Shown here piece after piece: positions 30,594 through 42,196 of a stretch of 64,000 nt of DNA (its first letter is position 1; the number at the start of each line of letters is the position of its first letter). Under the pieces are notes generated by a model. That model was not told the origin of the DNA. It saw nothing but the letters and a program-made list of their open reading frames with translations, and did no database searches. Both the position numbers and the translations under genes were made by a program. The DNA is from an uncultured Acidobacteriota bacterium. GTDB lineage: Bacteria; Acidobacteriota; UBA6911. The DNA lies in NCBI GenBank assembly GCA_963843575.1, contig CAWJKZ010000009.1, positions 189,016-253,015 on the forward strand. The letters are read 5' to 3'.

Positions 30594-31962
30594 AACCCCC
30601 GTTGGACATAATCACGATGAAATCGCCCGGGCGTGCTTCTTCGAGGACCTTTGCGATTATACCGTCCACGGTCCCGGGATTCCAGGCGGCGCGGCCGGCG
30701 GCCTCGAGGTCGCGGACGAGCCGGTCGAGGTCGAGGCGCTGCCCGTCGGGGACCTTCTCGGGTTTGAAGAGCGCGGGGAAGGCGACGCAGTCGGCGAGCG
30801 CGAGCGCCTCGGCCATCTCGGCCTGGAAGACGTTGCGGCGGCTGGTGGCCGAACGCGGCTCGTAGATCGCCCAGAGCCTCCCGGGGTGAAACGTCTCGCG
30901 GATCGCGCTCAGCGTTTCGCGCACCGCCGTCGGGTGGTGGGCGAAATCCTCGTAGATGCGGATGCCGGCCACCTCGTCGCGGAACTGCAGGCGGCGGCGC
31001 ACGCCCTGGAAAGACTCCAGCCCGTCCCTGATGTCGTCTTCGGGCACCCCGAGGTGGTGCAGGACCGCCGTCGAGGCCAGGGCGTTGCGCAGGTTGAACC
31101 GTCCGTAGAGGGCGAGGCGGACGCGGCGGAAGAGCTTGCCGCGGTAGAGCACGTCGAACGCGAGACGCTCGCCGTCGACGCCGATGTCGCGCGCGGTCCA
31201 GTCGAACGGGCCGTCGACGCCGAAGGTCTCCTTGTGGCAGAAGGACTTCGCGCACGACTCGACCGCGTGCGCGCTCTCCCCGCCGACGGCGAGGTAGCCG
31301 CGTTCCGGGATGAGGTTGACGAAGCGCCTGAACTGCAGCTCGATCGCTTCCAGGTCGGGATAGATGTCGGCGTGGTCGAATTCGACGTTGCCGACGACGG
31401 CCACGCGCGGGAGGTAGTGGAGGAACTTCGGACCCTTGTCGAAAAAGGCCGAATCGTACTCGTCCCCCTCGACGACGAAGTGCGGGCCGCCGGCCAGCGC
31501 GTAACTCGACCCGAAGTTCTCGGCGATCCCCCCGATGAAGAAGCTCGGGCCGAGGCCCGCCGCGTGCAGCACCCAGGCGATGATCGACGTGGTCGTCGTT
31601 TTGCCGTGGGTCCCGGTCACCACGACGGGCGTCCTGCCGCGCAGAAAGAAATCCCGCAGCGCTTCCGGAAAGGAGGTGTAGGGGACGCCGAAGTTGAGGA
31701 CGTACTCGATCTCGGGGTTCCCGCGCGACAGGGCGTTGCCGATGACGACGAGGTCGGGTTCGGGCCGGAGGTTGGCCAGGCTGTACCCCTGCGACACGGC
31801 GATCGCCTTCTGCGCCAGGAAATCGCTCATGGGAGGGTAGACGCCCTCGTCCGAACCGGAGACGACGTACCCGCCCTCTTTGAGCATGGCGGCGAGCGAG
31901 GCCATACCCGTGCCGCAGATGCCGACGAAGTGCATGTGCTTGATGCGGTCGAGTCGCTGCAT
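30547..31962 (-). CDS. mpl: UDP-N-acetylmuramate:L-alanyl-gamma-D-glutamyl-meso-diaminopimelate ligase
   Basis: GICGTGM, GTHGKTTT, EGDEYDSAFFDK, DFAHHPTA and MSNGGFGG. Confidence 0.92.
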   Translation of the reverse strand: MQRLDRIKHMHFVGICGTGMASLAAMLKEGGYVVSGSDEGVYPPMSDFLAQKAIAVSQGYSLANLRPEPDLVVIGNALSRGNPEIEYVLNFGVPYTSFPEALRDFFLRGRTPVVVTGTHGKTTTTSIIAWVLHAAGLGPSFFIGGIAENFGSSYALAGGPHFVVEGDEYDSAFFDKGPKFLHYLPRVAVVGNVEFDHADIYPDLEAIELQFRRFVNLIPERGYLAVGGESAHAVESCAKSFCHKETFGVDGPFDWTARDIGVDGERLAFDVLYRGKLFRRVRLALYGRFNLRNALASTAVLHHLGVPEDDIRDGLESFQGVRRRLQFRDEVAGIRIYEDFAHHPTAVRETLSAIRETFHPGRLWAIYEPRSATSRRNVFQAEMAEALALADCVAFPALFKPEKVPDGQRLDLDRLVRDLEAAGRAAWNPGTVDGIIAKVLEEARPGDFIVIMSNGGFGGIYQKLPAALRER

Positions 31963-32057
31963 GGCCCGGATTTGACCACAGGCGCGCCCGCGAAACCCAG
32001 CGAAATCGGCCCGCTTCGGCGATTTTGATTTGGCCGCCGGTGTGGTAAATAGAAGGG

Positions 32058-32270
32058 ATGGATTTCTTGCCGATTTTCAGCGAGGGGCAGCCGCGCGAGG
32101 AGCGCAAGGTCGAGCAGATCTGCCACAACTTCGACATGGACTGCGTCGACCTGGACCACCGGGCCTGCTGGGAAGGGGTGCGCGGGACGATGCCGTGCTG
32201 CGGGCTCGAGGTCGAGTTCGAAAAGGTGCGCGGTATCTGCCCCTTCCTCTGGCTCGAGCAGAACGGGTGA
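32058..32270 (+). CDS. small Cys-rich hypothetical protein (70 aa)
   Basis: AGAAGGG before ATG; GC3-rich codons; six Cys. Confidence 0.55.
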   Translation: MDFLPIFSEGQPREERKVEQICHNFDMDCVDLDHRACWEGVRGTMPCCGLEVEFEKVRGICPFLWLEQNG

Positions 32271-32286
32271 CGGGAAGGGGGCCGGA

Positions 32287-32934
32287 TTACGGCGCCGCCC
32301 CGGGGCGCGCGCGGCCGGGGCCTTCCCGCAAACGGCGCTCGATCGTGCCGCGCAAGGCGGCGGTCAGCGACGCCGGCGTCGCGTCGGCGTTTCCGGGCGG
32401 GATGGGGGGGAGGTATTCCACCAGCACCTTGCGCGGGCGGGGAAGCCACATGTGCCTGTTCCAGACGGCCGCGCCGCCGTGCACGGCCACGGGCAGGATC
32501 GCCGCCCCGGTCCGGAGGGCCAGGCGCGCGGCCCCCGGCTTGAAGTGCATCAGGCGTCCATCGGGCGAGCGTCCCCCCTCGGGGAAAATCATCAGCGCCT
32601 CGCCTTTCTGGAGCACGCCGAGCGCGGTCTTGAACGCGCTCGACTCGGGGTTGTCCAGGCTCACCGGGAAGGCCCCGAACCACCGGAAGACCCGCCCCGC
32701 GACCGGGATGCCGAAGATCTTGTCCCACGCCATGAAGCGGAGCGTGCGATAGACCCGCACGGCCACCCAGAACGGATCGAAATAGGTCACGTGGTTCGCC
32801 ACGATGATGAGCGGCCCCGAACCGGGTATGTTCTCCATCCCCGTGTGCTCGATCCGGAACAACACGCGCATGAAGAGCAGCAGGGCGCCCCGAAGGAGCC
32901 TCACGTGGAGCTTGTCGCGTCCCTGGTCGAGCAT
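32287..32934 (-). CDS. lysophospholipid acyltransferase (PlsC family)
   Basis: NHVTYFD and FPEGGRS motifs. Confidence 0.88.
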   Translation of the reverse strand: MLDQGRDKLHVRLLRGALLLFMRVLFRIEHTGMENIPGSGPLIIVANHVTYFDPFWVAVRVYRTLRFMAWDKIFGIPVAGRVFRWFGAFPVSLDNPESSAFKTALGVLQKGEALMIFPEGGRSPDGRLMHFKPGAARLALRTGAAILPVAVHGGAAVWNRHMWLPRPRKVLVEYLPPIPPGNADATPASLTAALRGTIERRLREGPGRARPGAAP

Positions 32935-32940
32935 GTGGAA

Positions 32941-34187
32941 CTACCCGGCCGGCCGGGAGGCCCCGGCGGGCTCGCCCGACCTGGCGGCGTAGAGCAGGAT
33001 CACGCCGCTGGCGAGCATCATGGCCGGCGCGATGAGGGTCGCACGGTACAGCCCGACGCGGTCCGAAACCATGCCGATGACGGGGGGGAGATGGCGTCGC
33101 CGAGCGCGTGGATGAAGAAGATGTTGACCGCCATGGCCGTCGCCCGGATCGACGCCGGGACGCACCCGAGCAGCACCGCGTTCAACGGGCCGGTGTTGAG
33201 GAAAAGGAAGAACTCGGCCATGAAGATGGCGGGCAGGAAAACGGCGGGGTCGCGGGAGGTGAGTGCCGCGACGGCCACGGGCGCTCCCGCGAACATGCAG
33301 AGCCCCGAGACCCACAGGTAGGAGTTGCGGGTGTAGCGCAGGAAGTAGTCGCCCAGGAATCCGCCGGTGAAGGTGCCGAGGAAGCCGGCGACCACCGTCA
33401 TGGCGCCGAAGATCTCGTTGGCCTGCGAGGTGGTCATGCCGTCGTAGCGTTCCAGGAAGGCCGGCACCCAGCCGACGAGGCCGCCGAGCGCGAAGGTGTA
33501 GGCGACGAAGCCGAGCGTCACGACCACGTAGCGGCGGTTGTGCCAGAGCATCCGGTAGGTGGCGGCGAGGCTCGGGGCCTCGTCGGCGCGGGCCGGGGCC
33601 GCGTCCATGGCCCCGCGGATCGGCTCCCGGATCGTGAGCGCGAGGAGCGCGAACAGCAGCCCGGGAAGCCCCACGAGGAAGAAAGCGCTGCGCCAGCCGT
33701 GGGTGGCCGAGAGCAGGCCCCCCAGGACGAAGCCGAGCGCGCTGCCGACCGGCGTGGCCGCGTAGAATACCGCGAGAGCCCGGCCCCGGCGTTCCTCGGG
33801 GTAGTAGTCGGTGATGATCCCGGGAGCCACGGTGGCGTAACTCGCCTCCCCGATGCCGACGACCGAGCGGGGGAGCAGCATCTGCCAGAAGCTCCTGGCC
33901 AGGCCCGCCCCGGCCGTCGCCACGCTCCAGACCCCGACGCCGGCGGCGATCAGGTACTTCCGCGTGAACAGGTCCCCCATGCGGCCGAACGCGGGCGAGG
34001 TGATCGAGTAGGCGATCATGAAAGCCGAGAGCGTCCACCCCAGCTGCGCGTCCGTGAAGTGCAGCTCCCGCTTGATCGGCTCGAAGACCGCCGCCAGCAC
34101 GTACCGGTCGATGTAGTTCAGGAAGTTGATTGAGGTCAGGATTGTCAGCGCGACGCGGGCGTCGCGCGCCCCTGTGTTCTTCCCCAT
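32941..34187 (-). CDS. MFS transporter, Spinster-like (frameshift near 33085)
   Basis: NFLNYIDRY, GIGEASY and IHALGDAISP motifs. Confidence 0.88.
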
Positions 34188-34201
34188 GCCACCTCACCCG
34201 A

Positions 34202-34288
34202 TTGGAGTAGGCGCCTCGGCGCCGCTGCGTCTGGAGTGCGGCGCCGAGGCGCCGCCACGAAAGCGGCGTCGAGCCGCCGCACTCCAAA
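34202..34288. repeat. REP-like family B cluster (three units)
   Basis: TGGAGT..GGCGCC..GGCGCCGC units in both orientations. Confidence 0.75.
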
Positions 34289-34289
34289 T

Positions 34290-35735
34290 TTACTTTTTCT
34301 CCCGGTCGGACTTCAGCTGCGGGACCAGAGTGACGAGCTTGCGCAGGTCGATGCCCGCCAGGCTCTCGATCATGGGGGGGAGCTGGGCGATGATGTTGGC
34401 GACATCCTGGGTCAGCTTCCCGGCGCCGACGCCGTTGCCGTCGGCACTGACGATGGTGATCGACTCGGTCTTGCCGAGCGGCTCGGCCACGGCGCGGGCC
34501 ACCTCGGGCAGCGTCTGCAGGATGAGCTGCGCGATGGCGGCCTCGTTGTATTCCTTCCACGAGGAGGCCTTCTTCGCCATGGCGTCGGCTTCGGCCGCCC
34601 CCTTGAGGGCGATCACGTCCGCCTCGGCCGTACCGGTGGCCCTGACGACCTCGGCCTGGGCCAGACCCTTGGCCCTCTGGGCTTCCGCCTGGCCCCGCGC
34701 TTCGGCCTCGTAACGGAAACGGGTGGCTTCGGCTTCCGTCTGGATGCGGTAGCGCTCGGCGTCGGCCAGCCGTTTGACGGTGGCTTCCAGCTCTTTCTCC
34801 CTGCGCAGGATCTCCCGCTCCTGCACCGTGATCTGCTGCTCCTTTTCGACGACCGACACCTGCACTTCCTCGCTCTTCAGCGACTGGTTCGTCTTGTAGC
34901 GCTGCAGGTCGTAGGCCAGGTCGGCCTGGGCCTTGGCTTCGTTGGTCGACGCGTCGTACGAGGCTTTCTGCAGGAGGTAATTCTTCTGGGCTTCGGCGAT
35001 CTGGGTTTCGGCCTGGAACTTGGCGATCTCGCCGGCCTGTCGCGCCATGGCGGACTTGATGGCGGCGTCGCGGTCCGCCTCGGCCTGCGCGATGATCGCG
35101 TCCCGTTTCACCTCGGCGGTCCTCGGTTTGCCCAGCGCCTCGAGATAGCCGTGGTTGTCCCGGATGTCTTTCATGGTGAACGAGACGATCCGCAGCCCCA
35201 TGTTGGCCAGGTCCGCGACCGCGACCTCCTGCACCGACGAGGCGAACTGATCGCGGTTCTTGTAGATGTCCTCGACGCTCATGGTGCCGATGATGGCCCG
35301 CAGGTGTCCTTCGACCGTCTGCAGCGCTATCTCCTGGATCTGCTGCGGGGTCTTGCCCAGGAACTGTTCGGAGGAGGTCCGGATGGACTGTTCGTCCCCG
35401 CCCACCTTCACCTGGGCGACGCCGTCCACGATGATGGGGACCCCGGGTTTCGTGTAGACCTCCGGCGTCGTGATGTCGAGCGTCATGATCTCCAGGCTCA
35501 GGAGGTCGACCTTCTCGACCAGCGGCAGGATGAAGGCGCCCCCGCCGCGCCGGATGCGGAAGCCCACCTCGTCGATACGCCCGTCCTGCGTCTTGATCTT
35601 GTATTTGCGCCCCGAGATGACCATGACCTGGTTGGGGCCGACCTTCTTGTAGCGGCGGGCCACCGCGTAGACCGCCAGCATGAAGGCCAGGGCCAGACCG
35701 ACGATGACCAGCGCGAGGTTGAATTCACTGAGCAT
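34290..35735 (-). CDS. flotillin/SPFH domain protein
   Basis: N-terminal TM, SPFH domain, EA-rich flotillin coiled coil. Confidence 0.92.
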   Translation of the reverse strand: MLSEFNLALVIVGLALAFMLAVYAVARRYKKVGPNQVMVISGRKYKIKTQDGRIDEVGFRIRRGGGAFILPLVEKVDLLSLEIMTLDITTPEVYTKPGVPIIVDGVAQVKVGGDEQSIRTSSEQFLGKTPQQIQEIALQTVEGHLRAIIGTMSVEDIYKNRDQFASSVQEVAVADLANMGLRIVSFTMKDIRDNHGYLEALGKPRTAEVKRDAIIAQAEADRDAAIKSAMARQAGEIAKFQAETQIAEAQKNYLLQKASYDASTNEAKAQADLAYDLQRYKTNQSLKSEEVQVSVVEKEQQITVQEREILRREKELEATVKRLADAERYRIQTEAEATRFRYEAEARGQAEAQRAKGLAQAEVVRATGTAEADVIALKGAAEADAMAKKASSWKEYNEAAIAQLILQTLPEVARAVAEPLGKTESITIVSADGNGVGAGKLTQDVANIIAQLPPMIESLAGIDLRKLVTLVPQLKSDREKK

Positions 35736-35774
35736 GAGTGCCTCCCGAACCGAGCCGGCGGTTCACCCGGCGAG

Positions 35775-36353
35775 TCAGCGCGCCGCGGGGTTCCGGGACC
35801 CCTTGCCGACGTTGGAAGCGGCGATCTGGCTCTGCACGTAGTACAGGTTCCCGACTACCCGGACAATCACGACCGGCGTGTCGCGCCCGATGGCGCTGCC
35901 GTCCTCGGAGCGGGCCGGGCCGGCGATGCGCGTCCCTTTCACCGTGATGGCAACCTCGCCCGTGCCGTGCTCGGGAATGGGCGTGATGATCTCGACGATG
36001 CGCCCCACCATGTCGTCCAGCGAGAACTCGCTGCCCGCCTGCGTGTTCCGAAACAGCAGCGTCAGGATGGCGAAGGTGCTGCCGCTCAACACCGCCCCGG
36101 TCAGGATCGCGACGACCACCCCTTTGCCCGTGGGCAGCTGGAAATAGGAATTGGCGAGCATGCCGCCGCCGCCGAACCCGGTCAGGAACGTCGACAGGAC
36201 GGTCGGGCTGAGCGGCGTGATCGGCAGGTCCGTCCCGACGTCCATGTGAGTGTCCCCGGCATCGCCCCCGAAGAGGTGTCCGGCGAGCCCCACCATGAGC
36301 GCGTAGGCGAGCCCGATCACGAAACTCAGAAAATAAATGACTCCGACGGACAT
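35775..36353 (-). CDS. NfeD-like membrane protein (flotillin partner)
   Basis: TM helices plus C-terminal OB-like domain, directly upstream of flotillin. Confidence 0.75.
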   Translation of the reverse strand: MSVGVIYFLSFVIGLAYALMVGLAGHLFGGDAGDTHMDVGTDLPITPLSPTVLSTFLTGFGGGGMLANSYFQLPTGKGVVVAILTGAVLSGSTFAILTLLFRNTQAGSEFSLDDMVGRIVEIITPIPEHGTGEVAITVKGTRIAGPARSEDGSAIGRDTPVVIVRVVGNLYYVQSQIAASNVGKGSRNPAAR

Positions 36354-36594
36354 GAACCCTCCGCGGCGATCGATTGACTTATGGCTTCTCGCCCGATTCT
36401 ATTCGAAATTCCCCGCCGTGAATACGAAATGTCACCTCCTGCGGCGCCGTCCCGGCGGGGCGAAACGCCCGATCCCGCGGCGCCCGCGACCGCGAAGCCG
36501 CGGGCCCGGTACCGCGCGCCCCCGCGGGAGGCCGCAAATCCGCCCGATTTGACTACCCCCGGGCTTTGAGCTAACTTTTAAATCGGGTGGGTAC

Positions 36595-38079
36595 ATGACA
36601 CGAGATTTTCCGCAGACTCTCGGCGAGCTGAAGGGGAGCCCGTACGCCCAGGCGCAGAAGGGCGGCCGCAGCGTCAAGGACGAGATGCGCGCCAACCTGC
36701 AGGCGATGCTGCGCGGGAGCGACACGATCTTCCCCGGGATCGTGGGCTACGACGAGACCGTCGTGCCCCAGATCGTCAACGCGATCCTCAGCCGGCACAA
36801 CATGATCCTGCTCGGGCTGCGCGGGCAGGCCAAGAGCCGGATCCTGCGCTCGCTGGTCCGGCTGCTGGACGAGTGGATCCCCGCCGTCGCGGGCTGCGAG
36901 ATCCACGACTCCCCCTACGGGCCGATCTGCACCTCGTGCCGCCAGCGGCTCGCCGAGATGGGCGACGCCCTGCCGCTCCGCTTCCTGCACCGCGACGAAC
37001 GGTACGTCGAGAAGCTGGCCACGCCCGACGTGACGATCGCCGACATGATCGGCGACGTCGACCCGATCCGCGCCGCCAGGGGCGGCCTCGACCTGTCGGA
37101 CGAACTGACCATCCACTACGGCCTGCTCCCCCGCGCCAACCGCGGCATCTTCGCCATCAACGAGCTGCCCGACCTCGCCGGGAAAATCCAGGTCGGCCTG
37201 TTCAACATCCTGCAGGAAGGGGACGTCCAGATCAAAGGCTACCCGATCCGGCTCCCCCTGGACGTCGCGATGGTGTTCTCCGCCAACCCGGAAGACTACA
37301 CGGCGCGCGGCAAGATCATCACGCCGCTGAAGGACCGGATAGGCTCCGAGATCCGGACGCACTACCCCGCCACGATCGAGGACGGCATGGCCATCACCCA
37401 CCAGGAGGCCTGGACGAACCGCGGCGACGAGATGCTCTTGCCACATACCGAAGTTCGTCGCCGAGATCGTCGAGGAGGTCGCGTTCAACGCCAGGAAAGA
37501 CCCGAGGGTCGACAAGCGCAGCGGCGTAAGCCAGCGCCTCTCGATCACCTGCCTGGAGAACACCGTCTCCAACGCCGAGCGGCGCGCCCTGGTGCACCGG
37601 GAGAAATGCGCCGTGCCGCGGGTCGGCGACATCTACTCGGCGATCCCCTCGCTCACCGGCAAGTTCGAGCTCGAGTACGAGGGGGAACTGCGCGGCGCCG
37701 ACAACATCGCGAGGGACCTGATCCGGGCGGCCGTGGCGGAGGTGTTCCAGCGCTACAACGAGGGGGCCGATTACCAGCGCGTCATCGACTGGTTCGATCT
37801 CGGCGGCACCCTGCGGATCGCGCGGCGACTCCTCCACCGCCGAGTGCACGGATCACTTCCGGTCGATCCAGGGGCTGCTGGACAAGGCCGACGCGCTGCT
37901 GGGACAGGGCGAACACCCCAGGGAGGAGCGCGTCGCGGCCGCGGAGTTCATCCTCGAGGGCCTGTACGCCCTCAAGAAGATCAACCGGACCGAGGACCGT
38001 CTGTTCCACGCCGCGGAGAAGCGCTCACGCGAGACCGTATTTCGAAGACGCGGGCGAAAACCGCAAGAAGTGGAACTGA
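36595..38079 (+). CDS. AAA+ ATPase, magnesium-chelatase-subunit-like (several frameshifts)
   Basis: [23 protein letters not shown] and [10 protein letters not shown]. Confidence 0.85.
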   Translation: MTRDFPQTLGELKGSPYAQAQKGGRSVKDEMRANLQAMLRGSDTIFPGIVGYDETVVPQIVNAILSRHNMILLGLRGQAKSRILRSLVRLLDEWIPAVAGCEIHDSPYGPICTSCRQRLAEMGDALPLRFLHRDERYVEKLATPDVTIADMIGDVDPIRAARGGLDLSDELTIHYGLLPRANRGIFAINELPDLAGKIQVGLFNILQEGDVQIKGYPIRLPLDVAMVFSANPEDYTARGKIITPLKDRIGSEIRTHYPATIEDGMAITHQEAWTNRGDEMLLPHTEVRRRDRRGGRVQRQERPEGRQAQRRKPAPLDHLPGEHRLQRRAARPGAPGEMRRAAGRRHLLGDPLAHRQVRARVRGGTARRRQHREGPDPGGRGGGVPALQRGGRLPARHRLVRSRRHPADRAATPPPPSARITSGRSRGCWTRPTRCWDRANTPGRSASRPRSSSSRACTPSRRSTGPRTVCSTPRRSAHARPYFEDAGENRKKWN

Positions 38080-38163
38080 CCGTCCCGGCCTCCGGTGCCG
38101 GCGCCGGCGGGAACGGGTGCCCGCGGACGCCGCAACACCTCCCCCCAGGGTAACGGGCGGATC

Positions 38164-39408
38164 ATGCGTGCGATCACGTACTCGAAGTACTCCGGCGAGG
38201 ACTGGGATTCCCTCAGCCTCGAGGAGCTCCTCAACCGGCTTTCCGATTTCCTACTGCAGTCCGGGTTCAACAACCCCTATTTCGACGACTACCGCAACTC
38301 TGACCGCGACCTGCAGGCGCTGCACGACGCCATCCTGAACGCCCTCATCCGCAACGAGCTCCTGCCGGACGATATGCTCCCCGAGGCCGAAAAGGACCAG
38401 AACGGCGAGGGCTCGGAAGACTCCGAGCTGTCGAAGCTGATCCGCCACCTCATAGAGCGGCTCGGCGACGAGGGGTACATCCGGGTCAACCGAAGGTCGA
38501 AACCGGTCACGGGCAAGAAGGGACGCGGCCCGGCGGAAGGACAGGTCAGGTTCGAGCTGACCGACAAGGCCCTGGATTTCCTGGGCTACAAGACCCTCAG
38601 GAACCTGCTCGCCTCCCTCGGCAAGTCGAGCTTCGGCCGCCACGACACCCGGGACCTCGCCACCGGCATAGAGGCCGGCGGGACCACCAAACCCTACGAG
38701 TTCGGCGACGTCCTCAACCTGGACGTCAGCGGCACCATGCTCAACTCGATCCGCCGCGAGGGGCTGAAGGTCCCCCTGGAGCTCGAATACTCCGACCTCG
38801 AGATCCACCAGTGCGAATACCAGTCGTCGTGCGCCACCGTCCTCATGCTCGACTGCAGCCACAGCATGATCCTGTACGGCGAGGACCGCTTCACCCCGGC
38901 CAAGAAGGTGGCGCTGGCCCTGTCGCACCTGATCCGGACTCAATACCCGGGCGACACCCTCCACGTGGTCCTGTTCCACGATTCGGCCGAGGAGATACCC
39001 CTGAGCCGGCTCGCCCAAGTCCAGGTCGGCCCCTTCTACACCAACACCCGCGAGGGGCTGCGACTCGCCCAGCGCATCCTGTCGCGCGAGAACAAGGACA
39101 TGCGCCAGATCGTCATGATCACGGACGGGAAACCGTCGGCCGTCACCGAGCCCGACGGTTCCATCTACAGGAACGCCTTCGGGCTGGACCCCTACGTCGT
39201 GGGCTCGACGTTCAAGGAAGTCAGCCAGTGCCGCCGTTCCAACATCCTGATCAACACCTTCATGCTCGCGCGCGACCACGACCTGGTGGCCTTCGTGCGC
39301 AAGGTGACCGAGATCTGCCGCGGCAAGGCGTACTTCACCACCCCGGGCTCGCTGGGTCAGTATATCCTAATGGACTACATGAGGAAGAAAGTTCAAAAGG
39401 TCCATTGA
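38164..39408 (+). CDS. VWA domain protein partnered with the AAA+ ATPase
   Basis: DCSHSM MIDAS and ITDGKPS. Confidence 0.88.
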   Translation: MRAITYSKYSGEDWDSLSLEELLNRLSDFLLQSGFNNPYFDDYRNSDRDLQALHDAILNALIRNELLPDDMLPEAEKDQNGEGSEDSELSKLIRHLIERLGDEGYIRVNRRSKPVTGKKGRGPAEGQVRFELTDKALDFLGYKTLRNLLASLGKSSFGRHDTRDLATGIEAGGTTKPYEFGDVLNLDVSGTMLNSIRREGLKVPLELEYSDLEIHQCEYQSSCATVLMLDCSHSMILYGEDRFTPAKKVALALSHLIRTQYPGDTLHVVLFHDSAEEIPLSRLAQVQVGPFYTNTREGLRLAQRILSRENKDMRQIVMITDGKPSAVTEPDGSIYRNAFGLDPYVVGSTFKEVSQCRRSNILINTFMLARDHDLVAFVRKVTEICRGKAYFTTPGSLGQYILMDYMRKKVQKVH

Positions 39409-39462
39409 AAGATTAGAACGGAAGCTTAACGGAGGAAGCTTACTCAAGGCTCTCCTTCGGTC

Positions 39463-41555
39463 TTAGAAGCGGCGGGAATCCAGGACGGTGACGTCGTCCT
39501 GGACGCGGATTTTCCTGATCCGGTCGCCTGCGGCGAGGCGGTCGACCGCGGTCATGCCGCTGATCACGCGGCCGAAGCAGGTGTAGCCGCCGTCGAGGTG
39601 CGGCTGGGGGGCGAGGGTGATGAAGAACTGGCTCCCGCCGGTGTCCTTGCCCGCCAGGGCCATCCCCAGGCTGCCGCGCTCGAAGGGCCTCATGTTGATT
39701 TCGCAGCGGATCGAGTAGCCGGGGCCGCCTTCCTGGTCGTTGCGGGGATCGCCTCCCTGGACGACGAAAAAGGGCACGACCCGCATGAAGGTGAGGCCGT
39801 CGTAGAACCCGCGCTGGGCGAGCGAGGCGAAGTTGGCGACGGTCAGGGGGGCGTCCTCGCGGAAGAGTTCGATCTCGACGTTTCCGCGCTCGGTTTCGAT
39901 GGTGGCGACCGTCCTTTCCCGGCGGTAGGAGGCGACGAGGCCGTAGGTGATGTCGGTGAAGCTGGTCTCGGCGGCCCCGGGGTTTGACGGGAGATCGTTC
40001 GGCCCGCCTTCCGCAGCAGGCGCGTGGCGACGATCCGGGCGTTGCGCGACCGGTCGTGCAGCGCGGCCTCCAGCGCGCGGGCGACGTCCGGCGTCGCGGC
40101 CCACGGTTCGAGCCGCTCCAGGAGCGCCGCCTTGGTCTCGGCGTCCTGACTGGCCGAGATCTTCTGGTAGGCGTTGACGATGGGCAGCCAGGGACTGGTG
40201 GCGCCGGGGGGCGGCTGGTAGGCGGCGAGGGCCGAGCGGAGGATCGGGCCGTCGTGGGACTGCAGGAGGCTTGTCGCGATCCCGTCGAGATCGGGGGTGC
40301 GGGCCTGCGCCAGGGCCTCCAGCACGGCCGGAATCGCGAGGGACCCGGAGCGTTCGTCGAACGAGGCGCGGAGGATCGAGTGCAGCTCCAGGACAGCGTT
40401 GGGGCCGCCGATCTGGCCCAGCGCCCGTGCATAGGCTCGCAGGCCGGGCGGGGTGGAGAAGCATTCCCTTTTGGCAACGCCGAAGAAGCGGTCCGGCTCG
40501 GAGCGGAGCACCTTCGCGAGCGCGACGACCGCCGCGTCGGACGCCGGTCCCGGGGGGCGCAGCAGGAGTTCCAGTGCGGGGGCGGCGTCCGGCGATCCGA
40601 TCTGTCCGAGTGCGGTTGCGGCCTCCGCGGCGAAATTCGTTTCCCCGGGGGGGGCGGTCCCGTCCTCGAACTCCGCCAGCGCGCGGTTGATGGGCTCCAC
40701 GGCGGCGGGGTCGCCCAGCGTGCCCAGGGCGCGGACCGCGCAGGCGCGCACGGCAAGAGTCCGGCCGCGCAGCAGCGGGGTGAGGAGGGGCAGGGCGGCC
40801 CTGTCCGTGCAGATCCCCAGTCCGAGGGCTGCGTGGGCCTGCACGTCGGGGTCGTGGCTGTCGAGCAGCGCGCGGAACACCGGGAACGACTCCCGGTCGC
40901 GCAGCCGGAAGAGCGCGTCGGCGGCGCGCCACTGGATGTCGGGGTCGTCCGACAGGGCGAGGTCGCGCAGCGTCGGAAACTCCCGCGCGAGGCGCATCAG
41001 GGCGGTGACCGAAAACGCCAGGCAGGCGCGGCCCAGGGGGGACCGGTCGTGCCGCATGGCGCGCGCGCGCCTGCCGATTTCGGCGGCGTCGGCCTGCGCG
41101 CCGGCTTTCCCGAGGGCTTCGACGGCCCGCATCCGCACGGAGACGGCCGTATCGTCCAGGTGCCGGAGCAGGCGCGGGATGGACTCCGGGTTGAGCGGCC
41201 TCCCCTCGAATTGCCGCGTATCGCGGTCTTCGATCTCGCCGAGGGCGAAGGCGGCGGCGGCCCGCAGGGGGGCATCCGCGGAATCGAGGGCCCGGTAGAG
41301 CGGGGGCAGCGCCGCGGGGTCGCCGATCCGGCCGAGCGCCACGGCGGCCCACTGGCGGCCTTCGGGGAAGGCCGGGGAGCGCAGGGTCTTTTCGAAGAAG
41401 CCGTCGGCCCCGATGTCGCGCCGGTCGGATCGCTTGAGGATTTCGGCGAAGAGCCTGTTGCGTTCGATTTCGGCCGGGCGCAGCCGGCGGCGCCCGCACG
41501 ACACCGCACCCGCGCACAAGACGATCAGGATCAGCACTCCGGTCGATTTCCGCAT
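39463..41555 (-). CDS. HEAT-repeat lipoprotein with C-terminal cyclophilin-type PPIase (frameshift near 39985)
   Basis: Lipobox-like AVSC, HEAT repeats, FMRVVPFFVVQGGDP and DTGGSQFFIT. Confidence 0.85.
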
Positions 41556-41652
41556 CGTTCGGGGGGCCGCGCCCTGGCGCCGCGACTGGTGATTCGGCTC
41601 AACCGGCGGCGGGCCGGCTGTTCTCCGGGGGCGGTCCGGCGCCGTCTCCGCC

Positions 41653-42171
41653 CTATTGATATTTCAGGCCGGTGATTTCGATCTCGAGCCTTTTCGGGTT
41701 CCACAGCTGCTCGACCGATTCGATCCCCACCGAGAAGGTCCGCTTCTGCATCGGTTCGAGCGGCTTGTTCCCGAGGCCCAGACCGGGCCGGATGGGCGTC
41801 GAGACCCGGTCCTTCGAGAACTTGCCGTAAAGGTCGTAGAGCGTGATGTGCAGTTCGATCGCCTCCAGCTTGCGGTCGCCCTCGTTGGAGATCAGCCCCG
41901 AGATTATGGCGATGCGCGCCTTGCTGAAGGTGATCCCGAGGGAGGCCTTGGCGTCCTCGATGCGGATCTTGTTCTTGTAGTATTCGAAGCCCGGGTCGCC
42001 GGGGCGCAGCATGCCGGGCACCACGACGGGGCCGCCGGCGGTCTTCTCGGGAGCCGGCTGCAGCCTGGCGTACAGGAACAGCGCCGCCGCCGCCGCGGCG
42101 AGCACCGCGAGCGCGATGCCGACTTTCATGAACACGGCGGATTGTTTCGGCTCGGAGGCAAACCCGACCAT
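41653..42171 (-). CDS. hypothetical membrane-anchored protein
   Basis: Single TM followed by a beta-rich domain; host codon usage. Confidence 0.65.
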   Translation of the reverse strand: MVGFASEPKQSAVFMKVGIALAVLAAAAAALFLYARLQPAPEKTAGGPVVVPGMLRPGDPGFEYYKNKIRIEDAKASLGITFSKARIAIISGLISNEGDRKLEAIELHITLYDLYGKFSKDRVSTPIRPGLGLGNKPLEPMQKRTFSVGIESVEQLWNPKRLEIEITGLKYQ

Positions 42172-42196
42172 GCGCCACTGTCCTCCCGCCCCGGCT

